From an uncultured Nitrososphaerota archaeon (GTDB lineage: Archaea > Thermoproteota > Nitrososphaeria > Nitrososphaerales > Gagatemarchaeaceae), in contig CAVRAG010000007.1 in the NCBI GenBank assembly GCA_963718895.1, positions 544,001 to 608,000 on the forward strand: a DNA stretch of 64,000 nucleotides, written 5' to 3'. The notes under the pieces were generated by a model. It worked only from the letters and a program-made list of their open reading frames with translations. It had not been told where the DNA came from and did no database searches. Position 1 is the stretch's first letter, and every line of letters starts with the position of its first letter. The position numbers and the translations under genes are program-made. This document shows positions 7,945-18,476 of this stretch, in pieces.

Positions 7945-9090
7945 ATGGAATTCCCGAAGAGGAAGCTGATAATGCTCCCCGGCCCCACGAACGTCCCCGA
8001 CAGGGTGATGGACGCTATGATCAAGCCTATGATCAACCACAGGGGCGAGACGTTCACGAATCTCCTGAAGGATGTGACCGAGAAATCGAAGCATCTCTTC
8101 CAGACGGCCGAGAGCCCCCTGATCCTGAGCGCCTCGGGTACGGGAGGTGTCGAGGCCGCGGTCTGGAACTTCGTCCGACCTGGCGACAAGGTCGTGGTCC
8201 CGGTCTACGGAGAGTTCGGCTCACGCCTCTCGGAGGCGGTAGAGCTGGCGGGCGGCGAGGCTATCAGGGTCACATCGGAGTTCGGGACGGTCCCGAGCCT
8301 GGACGCAGTCGAGGACGCCATCAGGAGGACGAGCAACCTCAAGGCGGTCTATCTGGTCCACAACGAGACGAGCACCGGATGCACCGCCCCCTACGTCCAG
8401 GAGCTGGGGGAGATCACGGCCGAGAAGGACGCCTTCTACGTCGTCGACGCGATCTCGAGCCTCGGTGGCTACGCGATTCCGGTTGACAGGTGGGGTGTCG
8501 ACGTCTGCGTGACGGGAAGCCAGAAGTGCCTTGCGGCGCCGCCCGGGCTCTCCCTTCTGTCACTGAGCAAGAAGGCCTCCGAGTACGTAAGGAAGGACCC
8601 TCCGAAGGTGAGGTACTTCGACCTTGCGCGCCAGCTAGACTTCCTGGCCCATGGCGAGACGCCTTTCACGCCGGCAATCCCGCTCTACTATGCGCTCGAC
8701 GTGGCGCTCGACATGCTTCTGGAGGAGGGGCTCGAGAAGAGGGTCGAGAGGCACGCTCGGCTCGCCGGCAGGTTCTATTCGGTCCTCGAGGCCCTGGGCC
8801 TGAAAGCGTTCGCCGACCCGAGGTACAGGTCGAACACCGTGATAGCGGGGCTCTACCCCGACGGCACCGACGATAAGCTGTTCAGGAAGAGGATGAACGA
8901 GGAGCACGACATCGTAATGGGCGCGGGGTTCGGGGCCATGAAGACCAAGATGTTCAGGATAGGCAACATGGGCGAGGTGAGCACGGCTCACATGAATAGG
9001 ACGTCCGCGGCGATGGCCCTGACGTTGACCAAGATGGGTCATCCGGTGGACATGCAGCGGCTCGCCGGAGTCCTCGAGGCTGGCAGTTAA
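7945..9090 (+). CDS. class V PLP aminotransferase (serine-pyruvate / alanine-glyoxylate type)
   Basis: PGPTNV, SGTGGVE, HNETSTG, DAISS, GSQKCLAAPPG and FRIGNMG. Confidence 0.92.
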   Translation: MEFPKRKLIMLPGPTNVPDRVMDAMIKPMINHRGETFTNLLKDVTEKSKHLFQTAESPLILSASGTGGVEAAVWNFVRPGDKVVVPVYGEFGSRLSEAVELAGGEAIRVTSEFGTVPSLDAVEDAIRRTSNLKAVYLVHNETSTGCTAPYVQELGEITAEKDAFYVVDAISSLGGYAIPVDRWGVDVCVTGSQKCLAAPPGLSLLSLSKKASEYVRKDPPKVRYFDLARQLDFLAHGETPFTPAIPLYYALDVALDMLLEEGLEKRVERHARLAGRFYSVLEALGLKAFADPRYRSNTVIAGLYPDGTDDKLFRKRMNEEHDIVMGAGFGAMKTKMFRIGNMGEVSTAHMNRTSAAMALTLTKMGHPVDMQRLAGVLEAGS

Positions 9091-9116
9091 AGGATTTAAA
9101 GCGAGCCAAAAGCACG

Positions 9117-9914
9117 GTGGTGCTTCAAACGAAAATGTCATTTGAGAAAGGCACCCTAATCTATGTGAATTACACGGCCAAGGTGAAGGACACCGGCGAG
9201 GCCATTGAGAGCACCGTAGAGGAGGAGGCCAAGAAGCTCAACATCTACGATTCTGAGAGGAGGTACGAGCCCAGATTGGTATCCATAGGCGAGGACTGGG
9301 TGCTCAAGGGGCTCGACGAGCAGATAAGCAAGATGGGTGTCGGGGAGCGCAAGACGGTCGAGCTCTCCCCCGAGAAGGCCTGGGGTGACAGGGACCCCTC
9401 GCTGCTCCGCATGATACCGATCAGGAAGTTCGGCGAGAAGGCGGGCGAGCTGACGGTGGGCGATGCCGTGGAGGTCGACAACAGGATGGGGGTCGTGAGG
9501 TTCATCGGGTCGGGCAGGGCGCAAGTGGACTTCAACCATCGCCTCGCAGGAAAGACCCTGATCTATGACGTTGAGGTAGTCAGGAAGGTAGAGACCGACG
9601 ACGAGAAGGTCCGCTCGCTCATCAAGCGGAGGTTCCCGGGCGAGCTCGGCGAGAAGATGGAGTTCACCCTGCAGCCGGACGACCTGACCATCGAGGTCCC
9701 GGAGCCGGCTTTCATGGCTGAGGGGCTCCAGATTACGAAGCGGGGGATAGCCAACGACGCCGTGCACTTCCTCCCCTCGGTCAAGAAGGTGACCTTCAAG
9801 GAGGTATACGCCAAGAAGGGGGAGCCCAAGTCAGAGAAGGCGGCGGAAGTGAACGAGACAGCGGCCCAGCCCGAAGAGAAGACGGAAGAAACCGCTGTGG
9901 AATCGAAGGCTTAG
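9117..9914 (+). CDS. long-type archaeal FKBP peptidyl-prolyl isomerase (SlyD-like)
   Basis: PEKAWGDRD and VDFNHRLAGKTL; start may be ATG 9135. Confidence 0.92.
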   Translation: MVLQTKMSFEKGTLIYVNYTAKVKDTGEAIESTVEEEAKKLNIYDSERRYEPRLVSIGEDWVLKGLDEQISKMGVGERKTVELSPEKAWGDRDPSLLRMIPIRKFGEKAGELTVGDAVEVDNRMGVVRFIGSGRAQVDFNHRLAGKTLIYDVEVVRKVETDDEKVRSLIKRRFPGELGEKMEFTLQPDDLTIEVPEPAFMAEGLQITKRGIANDAVHFLPSVKKVTFKEVYAKKGEPKSEKAAEVNETAAQPEEKTEETAVESKA

Positions 9915-10948
9915 ATAACGCCGGTGTCTTCCGCCAGGGCGCGCGCAGTACGACTCGTAAGCCCGACCCTTGAGAGTATGGTGTACCGGTCCGGGCGTAT
10001 CTCGGATGCCCTGACCAACGCCTCCACGACCTGATCGTCCGATACTGCTATCTCTTCGGCCGTCGTGGGAGCCTTGACGTCCTTCAGGGCGGAACGTATT
10101 GCGCGCCAGTCGAGACCCTGAAGCTTCGCGACCAGTATGGTCCCGATACCACACTTCTCGCCGTGCAATCCCTTCCCGGGGGAGATCACGTCCAGCGCGT
10201 GGCTGAAGAGGTGCTCTGAGCCGCTGCAGGGCCTGCTGCTCCCAGCGATGCCGGCGGCCACGCCCGTGCTGATGAGGGCCTCGACCAGCTCGCGGACGGC
10301 GGATCTGTCCCCTCTTCCCATCTTCTCCGAGTTGTCGATTATCAGACGTCCGCTCATCAGGGCCAGGTTCGCCGCGTACTCCCCGTAGTACTCCCCGGTC
10401 GCTTCGTGACCTAGCTGCCAGTCCTTGACCGCCGTCAGCTTCGCGACCAAATCCCCGCAACCCGCCGAGAAGAGCCTCGGGGGCGCGTCCGCAATGACTT
10501 CGACGTCGGCGAGTATCCCGAGTGGGGGTTTGGACTTTATCGAGTAGTGCTTCTCTGTCCCTCTAATCGAGGCGAAGGGGCTCGCGATGCCGTCGTGGGA
10601 GGCGCTCGTCGGGACAGAGAAGAACGGGAGCTTCAGCTTCGACGCCGCGAGTTTCCCGACGTCTACCGACTTGCCTCCTCCCAGGCCGATTATACATCTC
10701 GCCTCTCTCGAGGCCCTCATGACGGCGCGGACGTTCTTCATGTCCGAGAGCTGCACGTCGACCCAGTTCACCCTCCCCTCAAGGGAAGAGGCAACGACCT
10801 CCCGGACCTTCTGCTGGACGTTGAGCCCGGAGGCGACCACGATCCTTGCGCTCCGCGGCATCTCTATGAAGGTCCCCAGGAGCCTGAGGACGTCCTCCCC
10901 AATCAGAATCCTGTGTGGGAGCTCCATCAGGTGCAGGTGGGAACGCAC
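9911..10948 (-). CDS. egsA: sn-glycerol-1-phosphate dehydrogenase
   Basis: GGGKSVDVGK, PTSASHDGIASP, SSRPCSGSEHLFSHALD and LHGEKCG; likely GTG start at 10948 downstream of a TATA at about 10971-10977. Confidence 0.95.
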   Translation of the reverse strand: MRSHLHLMELPHRILIGEDVLRLLGTFIEMPRSARIVVASGLNVQQKVREVVASSLEGRVNWVDVQLSDMKNVRAVMRASREARCIIGLGGGKSVDVGKLAASKLKLPFFSVPTSASHDGIASPFASIRGTEKHYSIKSKPPLGILADVEVIADAPPRLFSAGCGDLVAKLTAVKDWQLGHEATGEYYGEYAANLALMSGRLIIDNSEKMGRGDRSAVRELVEALISTGVAAGIAGSSRPCSGSEHLFSHALDVISPGKGLHGEKCGIGTILVAKLQGLDWRAIRSALKDVKAPTTAEEIAVSDDQVVEALVRASEIRPDRYTILSRVGLTSRTARALAEDTGVI

Positions 10949-11243
10949 GAGGCCGCGCGGGGAAGACGAGATATAAGCTTCGTCAGAACGTTCCTTCAGA
11001 GATCTGGGCATCCTGGCGGACGAGTTCGGGTCGAGACGATCTATCGGATTGTTTGCCGGTGCTGAGAACGCCCGGGGTGGCCTGCGTCGATCAGGAGCCG
11101 CGAAGGTGAATCCCCGGTCGGGATCCATCACAGGCGTCCCGAAACCGATCCAAGGACGGCGTGGATTGGGACCGACGAAAATGGCCGCGAATCAGAAGCC
11201 CTGCCTCGAGCATTCTCGCGGCGTGCCCTTCTCGGGACCGCGC

Positions 11244-13247
11244 TCAACCCAAGGGGGTCATATTCTCGTCAGCCGAGACGGTCTCGGGCTCAGGGGCGAG
11301 GTACGGCTCTCTTCTGAGAACAAAGTAGAGGTTCACCAGGAGGGTGAGTGCCGCCCCAGCCCAGACGAGCCAGATGCCCGGTATGGTTTGGACCGTGATT
11401 CCGACGAGGATGGGGTTTGCCGAACCTCCGTTCTCGAAGACCTGGCTGGTCGCTTGGTCGACACTCGCCGAAGGGCTGGCCACCACATATACGTCCTGAG
11501 TCAAGGAGGAGTAGATGGACGGAATGGAGAAGAACACGTCTTGAACGGGGAAGAACTTGAGAAGGGTGCGGGATGCCCCCGTCTGCCCGTTTATGGAGTA
11601 GGTCACCAGCGTGTCTGTCGTCGCGCGGACAATCCCGTGTCCGGGCATGTCAACCGTGCCAGCCCCAGGCGTCGTCGTGATGCTGATAACCGTGAGCGTG
11701 GTCCCGCCGACGGTCACGCTGTCCCCGACCCCCATCTCGCCCGAGAAGGTGGTCCTCGTCGAAGCGCTGACGAACACGCCTATCAACATGATGCCGAGGC
11801 CTAGCACGGTCAGGTACCTGACCGTTGACGCGGTTGGCGCTCTCTTCGGAAGAGAAGAGAGAGTGCCTGCGACACCAATCCCGGCGCCGGCAGAGAGGGC
11901 AAGCAAGAATGGAAGTCCGACCGCGAGGTAGGGGCTCGCGGTCAGAACATTCGCGAACCAGAGCCCCGCGCCGACCGCCAGGAGGATTGGGCCCAGGATC
12001 ACGACGTACTTCATCGAGGGTCTCTCCATGCCGCCCTCCACGGAGAGCAGTGTCGAGAGGGCCAAAACGAACAGAAAGCTGACGTAGTTGTGCAGCGCCG
12101 GGCTGGTCGCGAACATTACTCCAAAGTCACTGGCGAAGACTTCGAGGAGCAACAGCACCAGGTTTGCGACTGAGAGGAGCACGAGACACCAGAACTCGAG
12201 GAGGTAGAACTCGCCTTTGACCGGTGCCGTCCTGAGGACAGGGGACGACCGGGACTTGAAGGCTGCCCCCAACGAGAAGATGACCGGGAAGAGGGCCAGG
12301 ACGATGAAGGGGAGCCCCGTCGCCAGGTCTCCGTAGGAGTGAAGCGATTCGACCGAGGAGCCCCTCGCGACGTACGAGATGAGGAGCAGCGTGGAGGTAG
12401 CCAGTGTCATCCCGAAGAGTTCGAGGTTCCCGCTGCCCAGCCGTCTCGCGAAGAGGACGGCGGACAGAGCGAGCCACGGAATGAGCGCGGAGGTCTCTAT
12501 CGGGTCCCACGACCAGTAACCGCCCCACCCGAGTGTCTGATAGGCCCAGACTCCCCCCAGAGCTATTCCTGCTCCCAGAAGGACCCAGGCCCCCGTGAGC
12601 AGTCTGCCATCCCCAAGGCGGGAGCCCTTGTTGGAGGAACGGTTGCTCAGGACGCTGCAGTATGCGAACAACACCACCACGTACGCGCCAAGAACCGTAG
12701 GAGGGTGGATGGCCGCCCAGTAGCTCTGAAGCGAGGGGGTCAGACCCAACCCGTTGGACGGAGAGGAACCGAGCTGCGTGAAAGGGCCGACCATGACAAC
12801 AGCGACTAGGAAGTAGAAGATGAGGAAGGAGACGACCATGCTCGTCACGCGGCCCTCGTCGCGGGTAGACAGCGCTTTCAGCTCGTGGATTAGCAGTCCG
12901 ACCCCCATCATCACGACGAGAAGGAGAATCGACCCACCCGCGGTCGTCCACGATGCCGTCAGCTTGTAGAGCTGCGGAAGACCCGACGAACTGCTCTTGT
13001 AGACATCCTCCAGGGAGAAGTTGTTGGTCAGAAACGCGTAGACATAATCGAGGAGAAGGGCAAGACTGGGGATCAAACCAATCGAGAGGAGGTAGCGTGC
13101 TGGCTTGACCCTCTTGGCGATGAGGAGGGCCAGCCCAGCCAGATAAATCGCCATTGCAGCGTAGACGACCGCGACTTCCCACAAGGTGAACTTTCCCACT
13201 TCCTCTCTCGTTGTGAAGGTATTAATCCACAGAGACGATTCCTGCAT
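11244..13247 (-). CDS. ccmF: cytochrome c biogenesis heme lyase CcmF-like
   Basis: IHPP, WGGYWSWDPIETSALIPW (WWD motif) and SLHSY; many transmembrane helices. Confidence 0.88.
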   Translation of the reverse strand: MQESSLWINTFTTREEVGKFTLWEVAVVYAAMAIYLAGLALLIAKRVKPARYLLSIGLIPSLALLLDYVYAFLTNNFSLEDVYKSSSSGLPQLYKLTASWTTAGGSILLLVVMMGVGLLIHELKALSTRDEGRVTSMVVSFLIFYFLVAVVMVGPFTQLGSSPSNGLGLTPSLQSYWAAIHPPTVLGAYVVVLFAYCSVLSNRSSNKGSRLGDGRLLTGAWVLLGAGIALGGVWAYQTLGWGGYWSWDPIETSALIPWLALSAVLFARRLGSGNLELFGMTLATSTLLLISYVARGSSVESLHSYGDLATGLPFIVLALFPVIFSLGAAFKSRSSPVLRTAPVKGEFYLLEFWCLVLLSVANLVLLLLEVFASDFGVMFATSPALHNYVSFLFVLALSTLLSVEGGMERPSMKYVVILGPILLAVGAGLWFANVLTASPYLAVGLPFLLALSAGAGIGVAGTLSSLPKRAPTASTVRYLTVLGLGIMLIGVFVSASTRTTFSGEMGVGDSVTVGGTTLTVISITTTPGAGTVDMPGHGIVRATTDTLVTYSINGQTGASRTLLKFFPVQDVFFSIPSIYSSLTQDVYVVASPSASVDQATSQVFENGGSANPILVGITVQTIPGIWLVWAGAALTLLVNLYFVLRREPYLAPEPETVSADENMTPLG

Positions 13248-13346
13248 TTGAGAATCAGGAGGGCGGAACCCTGGCTGGCGGAAGGTACACGCAGCCCACT
13301 GGCGTGCTAAGACTTAACAACCGAGCACGGGCGCGGATACAGCGCT

Positions 13347-13907
13347 TTGAGGGCCAACGTCAGGGGAGCGATCTTCTACGTCTTCCTTGTGGCGTTGATA
13401 GTTCTAGGTGCCGAACTCATACTCGACGACTCCTCAGCCGGCTCGCCGGTGTACGTCGTCGTTTCCGCGAGCATGACGCCGACGCTCCAAGTCGGGGACC
13501 TAGTGCTGGTCAGGCCCGTGCCCTTCAGCAGCATCCATGTTGGTGACGTGATTGTCTTCTCCAGACCCACAGCTGGCGGGACTTGCGCGGGGGAGATAAT
13601 TGTCCATAGAGTGGTGGGAATCGCGAGCGACGGCGGCCTCATCACACAGGGCGACAACAGGGGGTCGAACCCGATGCCCGATGAGCCTACGGAGTGGCCC
13701 TACGTTACGCCAGAGTGTGTGAAGGGGGAGGTCATATTGTCGCTCCCATACCTTGGGTCGGTTTCCACATCCTTCCCACCTCCCTACGACTATGCCCTGC
13801 TGGCTGCGATCCTAATCCTGATCTTCTTGGTGGAGCTTCTCGGCGGCAGGGATGACTCGAGTGAATCTGCTCCTCCACAGCGACCGGCGCGGTCTATCCG
13901 GTCATGA
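13347..13907 (+). CDS. signal peptidase I (archaeal S26B)
   Basis: SASMTPTLQVGDL, GDVIVF, IVHRVV and TQGDN. Confidence 0.9.
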   Translation: MRANVRGAIFYVFLVALIVLGAELILDDSSAGSPVYVVVSASMTPTLQVGDLVLVRPVPFSSIHVGDVIVFSRPTAGGTCAGEIIVHRVVGIASDGGLITQGDNRGSNPMPDEPTEWPYVTPECVKGEVILSLPYLGSVSTSFPPPYDYALLAAILILIFLVELLGGRDDSSESAPPQRPARSIRS

Positions 13908-13979
13908 CGCCAGGCGCTTGGGCCACTTCCAGCGTCGTCGACTCCGAATCTCGGCGGTGCGCGCCCGGAGAGGAACCAG

Positions 13980-14414
13980 CTACCTCGCGAAGAGTCTTGC
14001 GAGATCGGTCGTGGTCAGGATGCCCACGGGCTGTCCGCCGGCCATTACGACCAGCCTACCTATCCCGTTCTTCACCATGATCCTGGCGGCCTCGGAGACC
14101 GACTCTTCAGGCCCGATGGTGATCAACTCCTTCGTCATGACTCGCGAGACCTCGAGCGCATCGGGTGGGAGATTAGGTGCCAGAACCTTGTGAACTAGGT
14201 CCCATTGCGTGAGGATGCCGACGGGTCGCGCTCCCTCTACCACCAGGAGGCATCCCTTTTGGACTTCGCTCATCTTCGTGGCGGCCTCCGCGACAGTGGC
14301 ATGTGGTCCGATTGCTCGTATCACGCGCTTCGTCATCAAGTCCGAGACACGCGTCGACGACGCCTTTGTCGATGGAGGCCCGTAGTCATGGTCAAACTGA
14401 ACATGGGGCCGCAA
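13980..14414 (-). CDS. CBS-pair domain protein
   Basis: Two CBS repeats (VSDLMT..GILTQWDL; VMT..GILTTTDL); start uncertain. Confidence 0.88.
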   Translation of the reverse strand: MRPHVQFDHDYGPPSTKASSTRVSDLMTKRVIRAIGPHATVAEAATKMSEVQKGCLLVVEGARPVGILTQWDLVHKVLAPNLPPDALEVSRVMTKELITIGPEESVSEAARIMVKNGIGRLVVMAGGQPVGILTTTDLARLFAR

Positions 14415-14717
14415 ATCTCTTTTCCTTCAACGGATTGGAGAAGAGCAGGTACTTAACGAAGATGTAACGGACGCACCTAAGATGCTTGCACTTGACACCA
14501 CAGCGGATGGCGATACGGCCGTGCCCCTACCTGGTCCCACCTGCTCCCATCTGGCCCCGTTTTGCGATCGTGGTGATCCTACGGCTTGGACCGATGCCGC
14601 CCTATGATTCCCAAGATTGAGAAAGGTATTCCACGTTTATTACTCTGATTGAGGGGTCATTCAAACTACAGTGATAACCCTTGCAAAATAGGTGTTCACC
14701 AGAGGAGGACAAAGCTC

Positions 14718-15254
14718 GTGTTCGAGATAGAACATGACCAACCGAAGAGGACCGCCTCTGCAACCTTCAGGATCAGCGAGAAGGCGTATCACGCTCTCCA
14801 GAACGAGGCCAAGAAGCAGGACACCAGCCTCAACACGCTGGTGAATCAGGTCTTCGACACCCACATCAACGACCGAGTCTTCAGCGAGAAGCTGGACTTC
14901 ATGAGGGTCAACAAGCTCAGTTTCCGAAGAATACTAGAAGGGACGAGCGACGAGGCGCTCAGTGAGGCCGGCCGATCTTCAGGGACGGAGACCGTCAGGA
15001 CCGTAACGCTCGGAAGAAGCGGGGTGATAACTCTGGAGAGCGTATTGGAAACGATCTCTGAGCTCTCGGAGTTCAGTGACTTTGCACGGTACAGCGAGAT
15101 CGAGTCCACGGGCAGACGGGTCATCGTCCTGACGCACGAACTCGGTCCCAAGTGGTCGGTGTTCATCCGAAGCTTCGTGAACGCCGCCTTGAGGCTTGTC
15201 AATCGCGAAGCGAAAACGACCGTGGGCGATCGGTCTGTAGTCGTCGAGATCTAG
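14718..15254 (+). CDS. hypothetical regulator with an N-terminal RHH-like segment
   Basis: TASATFRISEKAYHALQNEAKKQDTSLNTLVNQVF, then HELGPKWSVF; GTG start at 14718 after AGGAGG. Confidence 0.65.
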   Translation: MFEIEHDQPKRTASATFRISEKAYHALQNEAKKQDTSLNTLVNQVFDTHINDRVFSEKLDFMRVNKLSFRRILEGTSDEALSEAGRSSGTETVRTVTLGRSGVITLESVLETISELSEFSDFARYSEIESTGRRVIVLTHELGPKWSVFIRSFVNAALRLVNREAKTTVGDRSVVVEI

Positions 15255-15544
15255 TCTCGCCCACGACCATAGAAATGGAGCCCCCCGAGGACCGCCAGAG
15301 TCATCTGGAAAGGCCTACCGTCACCTTCTGAATCTCGACAGGTTGATGGCACTCGTGCGCTCCAGAAGAGAGCGACCGCCGCCGAGTTTCTGTTGCAAGA
15401 GAACTCTCATTAATATACACTTTTCGGATTCTTACTTCATCTCGTGATTGACGGCGCGTTCTGGACACCAGAAAGTTAATTAAGCGACCTCGTTTCACGG
15501 TCTTCGTCCCTCCGGGGCGACCTGTCGGGTTATCGTGAAACAAG

Positions 15545-16204
15545 TTGAATAGATTGAGCCAGGAACAGCCAAACAACGCGACGTACCACGGGACGACGAC
15601 CGTGGGTCTCGTCTGCTCAGACGGAGTCATACTGGCCACCGATACGAGGGTCACCGCTGGCGGATTCATAGCGCACAAGAGGGGCAAGAAGCTCCTTCAG
15701 GTCTCCGACAACCTCGCAGTCACGATTTCTGGGGGGGTTGCGGACGCGCAGAACGTCATCGACACGCTGAAGTACTATTCGCGGAGCTACCAGATCGAGA
15801 AGGGAGTGCCACTCCCGGTCAAGTCGGCGGCGAGGATCGTCTCGAACATCCTCTTCTCCTCACGCTACTACCCCTACATCGCGTCGGTGATCGTCGGCGG
15901 GTACGACAAGGTCGGAGGGTCGATCTACAACCTGGACTTCTTCGGCTCTATTCTAAAGGAGAACGTGACCTCCACCGGGTCCGGCTCCCCCGTAGCGCTC
16001 GGGGTCCTTGAGGAGGGGTACCAACAGGGGATGACGGTTGCAAAGGCGTTGCCTGTGGCGGCGAACGCGATCATCGCAGCCATGCGGAGGAACGTCTTCA
16101 CGGGAGACCACTTCGACATCGCCATAATTGACAAGTCGGGTTTCAGGGAGGTCTCAGAGCAGGACAAGGACAAGCTCCTGGCTCAGTTCTCGGATCGCAG
16201 TTAG
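15545..16204 (+). CDS. psmB: proteasome beta subunit (catalytic)
   Basis: Propeptide then HG|TTTVG; GSGSPVA. Confidence 0.95.
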   Translation: MNRLSQEQPNNATYHGTTTVGLVCSDGVILATDTRVTAGGFIAHKRGKKLLQVSDNLAVTISGGVADAQNVIDTLKYYSRSYQIEKGVPLPVKSAARIVSNILFSSRYYPYIASVIVGGYDKVGGSIYNLDFFGSILKENVTSTGSGSPVALGVLEEGYQQGMTVAKALPVAANAIIAAMRRNVFTGDHFDIAIIDKSGFREVSEQDKDKLLAQFSDRS

Positions 16205-16207
16205 TCT

Positions 16208-18121
16208 TTGGCACAGAAGGCAAGTCAGGTCAGTCTCATGAGTACGATACTCAACAGTATCCCAGCGGAGGCTCAGATCACAAGGATCGAGTACGAGGGC
16301 CCGCGAATAGCACTCTACACGAAGAACCCCAGGTACCTCCACCAGAACAACTACATCATCTCAGAGATAGTGAACTCGGTCAAGAAGAGGGTAGTGACAA
16401 GGACCGAGAAGTCGATCAGGAAGCCGGAGCAGGACGTAAGGTCGATCCTCGACAAGGCCCTCCCAGTCGAGGCCGGCGCGACGAACTACTTCTTCGACGA
16501 CGCCACGGGCGAGATCACCGTGGAGGCCAACGCGCCGAGGCTGCTGGCCTCAGAGAACGGATACGACGTCGCTGGGCTGATGGAGCAGACGGGATGGAAG
16601 GTGAAGGTGAGGAAGTCGCCCCACGTGGCTTCCAGCGCGATCCAGACAATCTACTACGCCCTGAAGACCGGCGCCGACGAGAGGGAGAGGTTCTACAGGG
16701 ACCTGGGAGAGACGATCTTCAGGCCGCGGTTCACGACTTCCGAACAGATCACGATAAAGTGCCTGGGGGCGGGCCAGGAGGTGGGCCGATCCTGCTTCCT
16801 GGTGGAGACCTCCGAGTCCAAGATACTCCTGGACGCGGGCATCCACCCCGGCTCGAGGAACGCCTGGGACGCGTACCCGAGGCTCGACTGGGCCGATGTG
16901 CAGCTCAACGAGCTCGACGCAGTGATCATCAGCCACGCTCACCTCGACCACATGGGGTTCCTGCCCGCGCTCTTCAAGTTCGGGTACGCGGGGCCTGTCT
17001 ACTGCACGGAACCGACGCTCCCCCTGATGACGCTCCTCCAGACCGATTACATCAAAATCGCACAGATCGAGGGCGGAAGGATACTCTACGACCAGAAGGA
17101 CATCCGTGACATGATTCAGCACACGGTCACGCTGCAGTACGGGACGGTGACGGACGTCTCGCCCGACATCAAGCTGGTCTTCAACAACGCCGGGCACATC
17201 CTCGGCTCCGCGACGGTCCATCTCCACATCGGAGAGGGGGTCCACAACATAGTCTACACGGGAGACTACAAGTACGGCCGCACCCAGCTCTTCGATTCGG
17301 CCAGCTGGAACTACCCGAGGGTCGAGACGCTCATCACCGAAGGAACCTACGGGAACAAGGAGGACATCATGCCACCTCGGGAGGAGGTGGAGATGAACTT
17401 CGTGAACGCGATCAACCGCACACTCTCGGAGGGAGGCAAGGTCATTATCCCGATCCCTGCGGTCGGCAGGGCTCAGGAGATAATCCTCGTCCTCGACCAC
17501 TACATGAGGAACAAGGTACTGACCGAGGCGCCGGTCTTCCTCGAAGGAATGATCTCGGAGGCCACCGCGATCCACGTCTCGTACGCGGACTACCTCTCAA
17601 GGGAGCTCAGGACGAAGATGCTCGACCAGGGAATCAACCCCTTCGTCTCGGAGTACTTCACGTCGATAGAGCATCCGTCGGGAAGGGAGGAGGCGCTCAG
17701 GGAGGGACCGGCCGTCATAATGGCCACCTCCGGGATGCTCGAGGGCGGCCCCGTGCTCCAGTACTTCGAGCAGGTAGCGCCCTCGGAGAGGAACAAGATC
17801 CTCTTCGTGTCCTACCAGGTCCAGGGGACCCTGGGTAGGAGGGTGCTCGACGGCGCCCACCAGGCGAGCATGCTCGGAGACAACGGCAAAATCAAGATCG
17901 TCGACGTCAGGTGCCAGGTCCAGAAGGTCGAGGGCTTCAGCGGTCACAGCGACTACAACCAGATAATACGGTTCATCGGGAAGATGAGACCGAAGCTGCA
18001 GCAGGTCATCGTGAACCACGGGGAGAAGAGGAAGCTCGAGAATCTAGCCTACGTGATACAGAGGATCTACAGGGTCCCGACCCTGAGACCCGCCGTCCAA
18101 GAAGCGATCAGACTCTACTAG
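16208..18121 (+). CDS. fttA: beta-CASP ribonuclease aCPSF1 / transcription termination factor FttA
   Basis: N-terminal KH domains (IEYEGP), EVGRSC, SHAHLDH, AGHILGS and GFSGHSD; usual position after psmB. Confidence 0.95.
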   Translation: MAQKASQVSLMSTILNSIPAEAQITRIEYEGPRIALYTKNPRYLHQNNYIISEIVNSVKKRVVTRTEKSIRKPEQDVRSILDKALPVEAGATNYFFDDATGEITVEANAPRLLASENGYDVAGLMEQTGWKVKVRKSPHVASSAIQTIYYALKTGADERERFYRDLGETIFRPRFTTSEQITIKCLGAGQEVGRSCFLVETSESKILLDAGIHPGSRNAWDAYPRLDWADVQLNELDAVIISHAHLDHMGFLPALFKFGYAGPVYCTEPTLPLMTLLQTDYIKIAQIEGGRILYDQKDIRDMIQHTVTLQYGTVTDVSPDIKLVFNNAGHILGSATVHLHIGEGVHNIVYTGDYKYGRTQLFDSASWNYPRVETLITEGTYGNKEDIMPPREEVEMNFVNAINRTLSEGGKVIIPIPAVGRAQEIILVLDHYMRNKVLTEAPVFLEGMISEATAIHVSYADYLSRELRTKMLDQGINPFVSEYFTSIEHPSGREEALREGPAVIMATSGMLEGGPVLQYFEQVAPSERNKILFVSYQVQGTLGRRVLDGAHQASMLGDNGKIKIVDVRCQVQKVEGFSGHSDYNQIIRFIGKMRPKLQQVIVNHGEKRKLENLAYVIQRIYRVPTLRPAVQEAIRLY

Positions 18122-18420
18122 GAGAGAGAGCCTCTCCAGATGCGGACCCCGGGAGGGGTGATTACAATCCTCTCCTCGCCGAGCCTCGCCATGTCCCCGC
18201 CTATCGAGGTCGAGAACTCGTAGAGCTGCTCGACGGCGCCCTTTAGCTCCTCGATGTTCTTCTGGGCCAGCGGGGTCACCCTCAGGATCACGATGACCTT
18301 CTTCGCGACGTCCTCCTGGATCTTCGGAATATCGTCAAGGCTCTTGAGCTGTAGCGCCTTCAGTAGGATGTCGCCGCTCTTCTCCCGCGAGTCCGTCTCT
18401 TCACTCAAACCTGATTCCAA
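18118..18420 (-). CDS. sepF: SepF-family (DUF552) protein
   Basis: ILRVTPLAQK..ELKGAVEQL..GGDMARLGEERIVITPPGVRI. Confidence 0.85.
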   Translation of the reverse strand: MESGLSEETDSREKSGDILLKALQLKSLDDIPKIQEDVAKKVIVILRVTPLAQKNIEELKGAVEQLYEFSTSIGGDMARLGEERIVITPPGVRIWRGSLS

Positions 18421-18476
18421 CTACTGTTGTCACCGCTAAAGAACCCCGCCCCCTTTTTAAACCTAGACGAACCCGT

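Noticed and set aside
11095-11108. 14-bp match GAGCCGCGAAGGTG to the reverse complement of 25002-25015
   Set aside because: It does not extend on either side, and such matches are expected by chance in GC-rich sequence of this size
11065-11125. Three-way-junction or tRNA-like fold (CCGGGG..CCCCGG) upstream of egsA
   Set aside because: No T-loop GTTC or anticodon arm and no hammerhead core; GC-rich pairing alone is weak evidence
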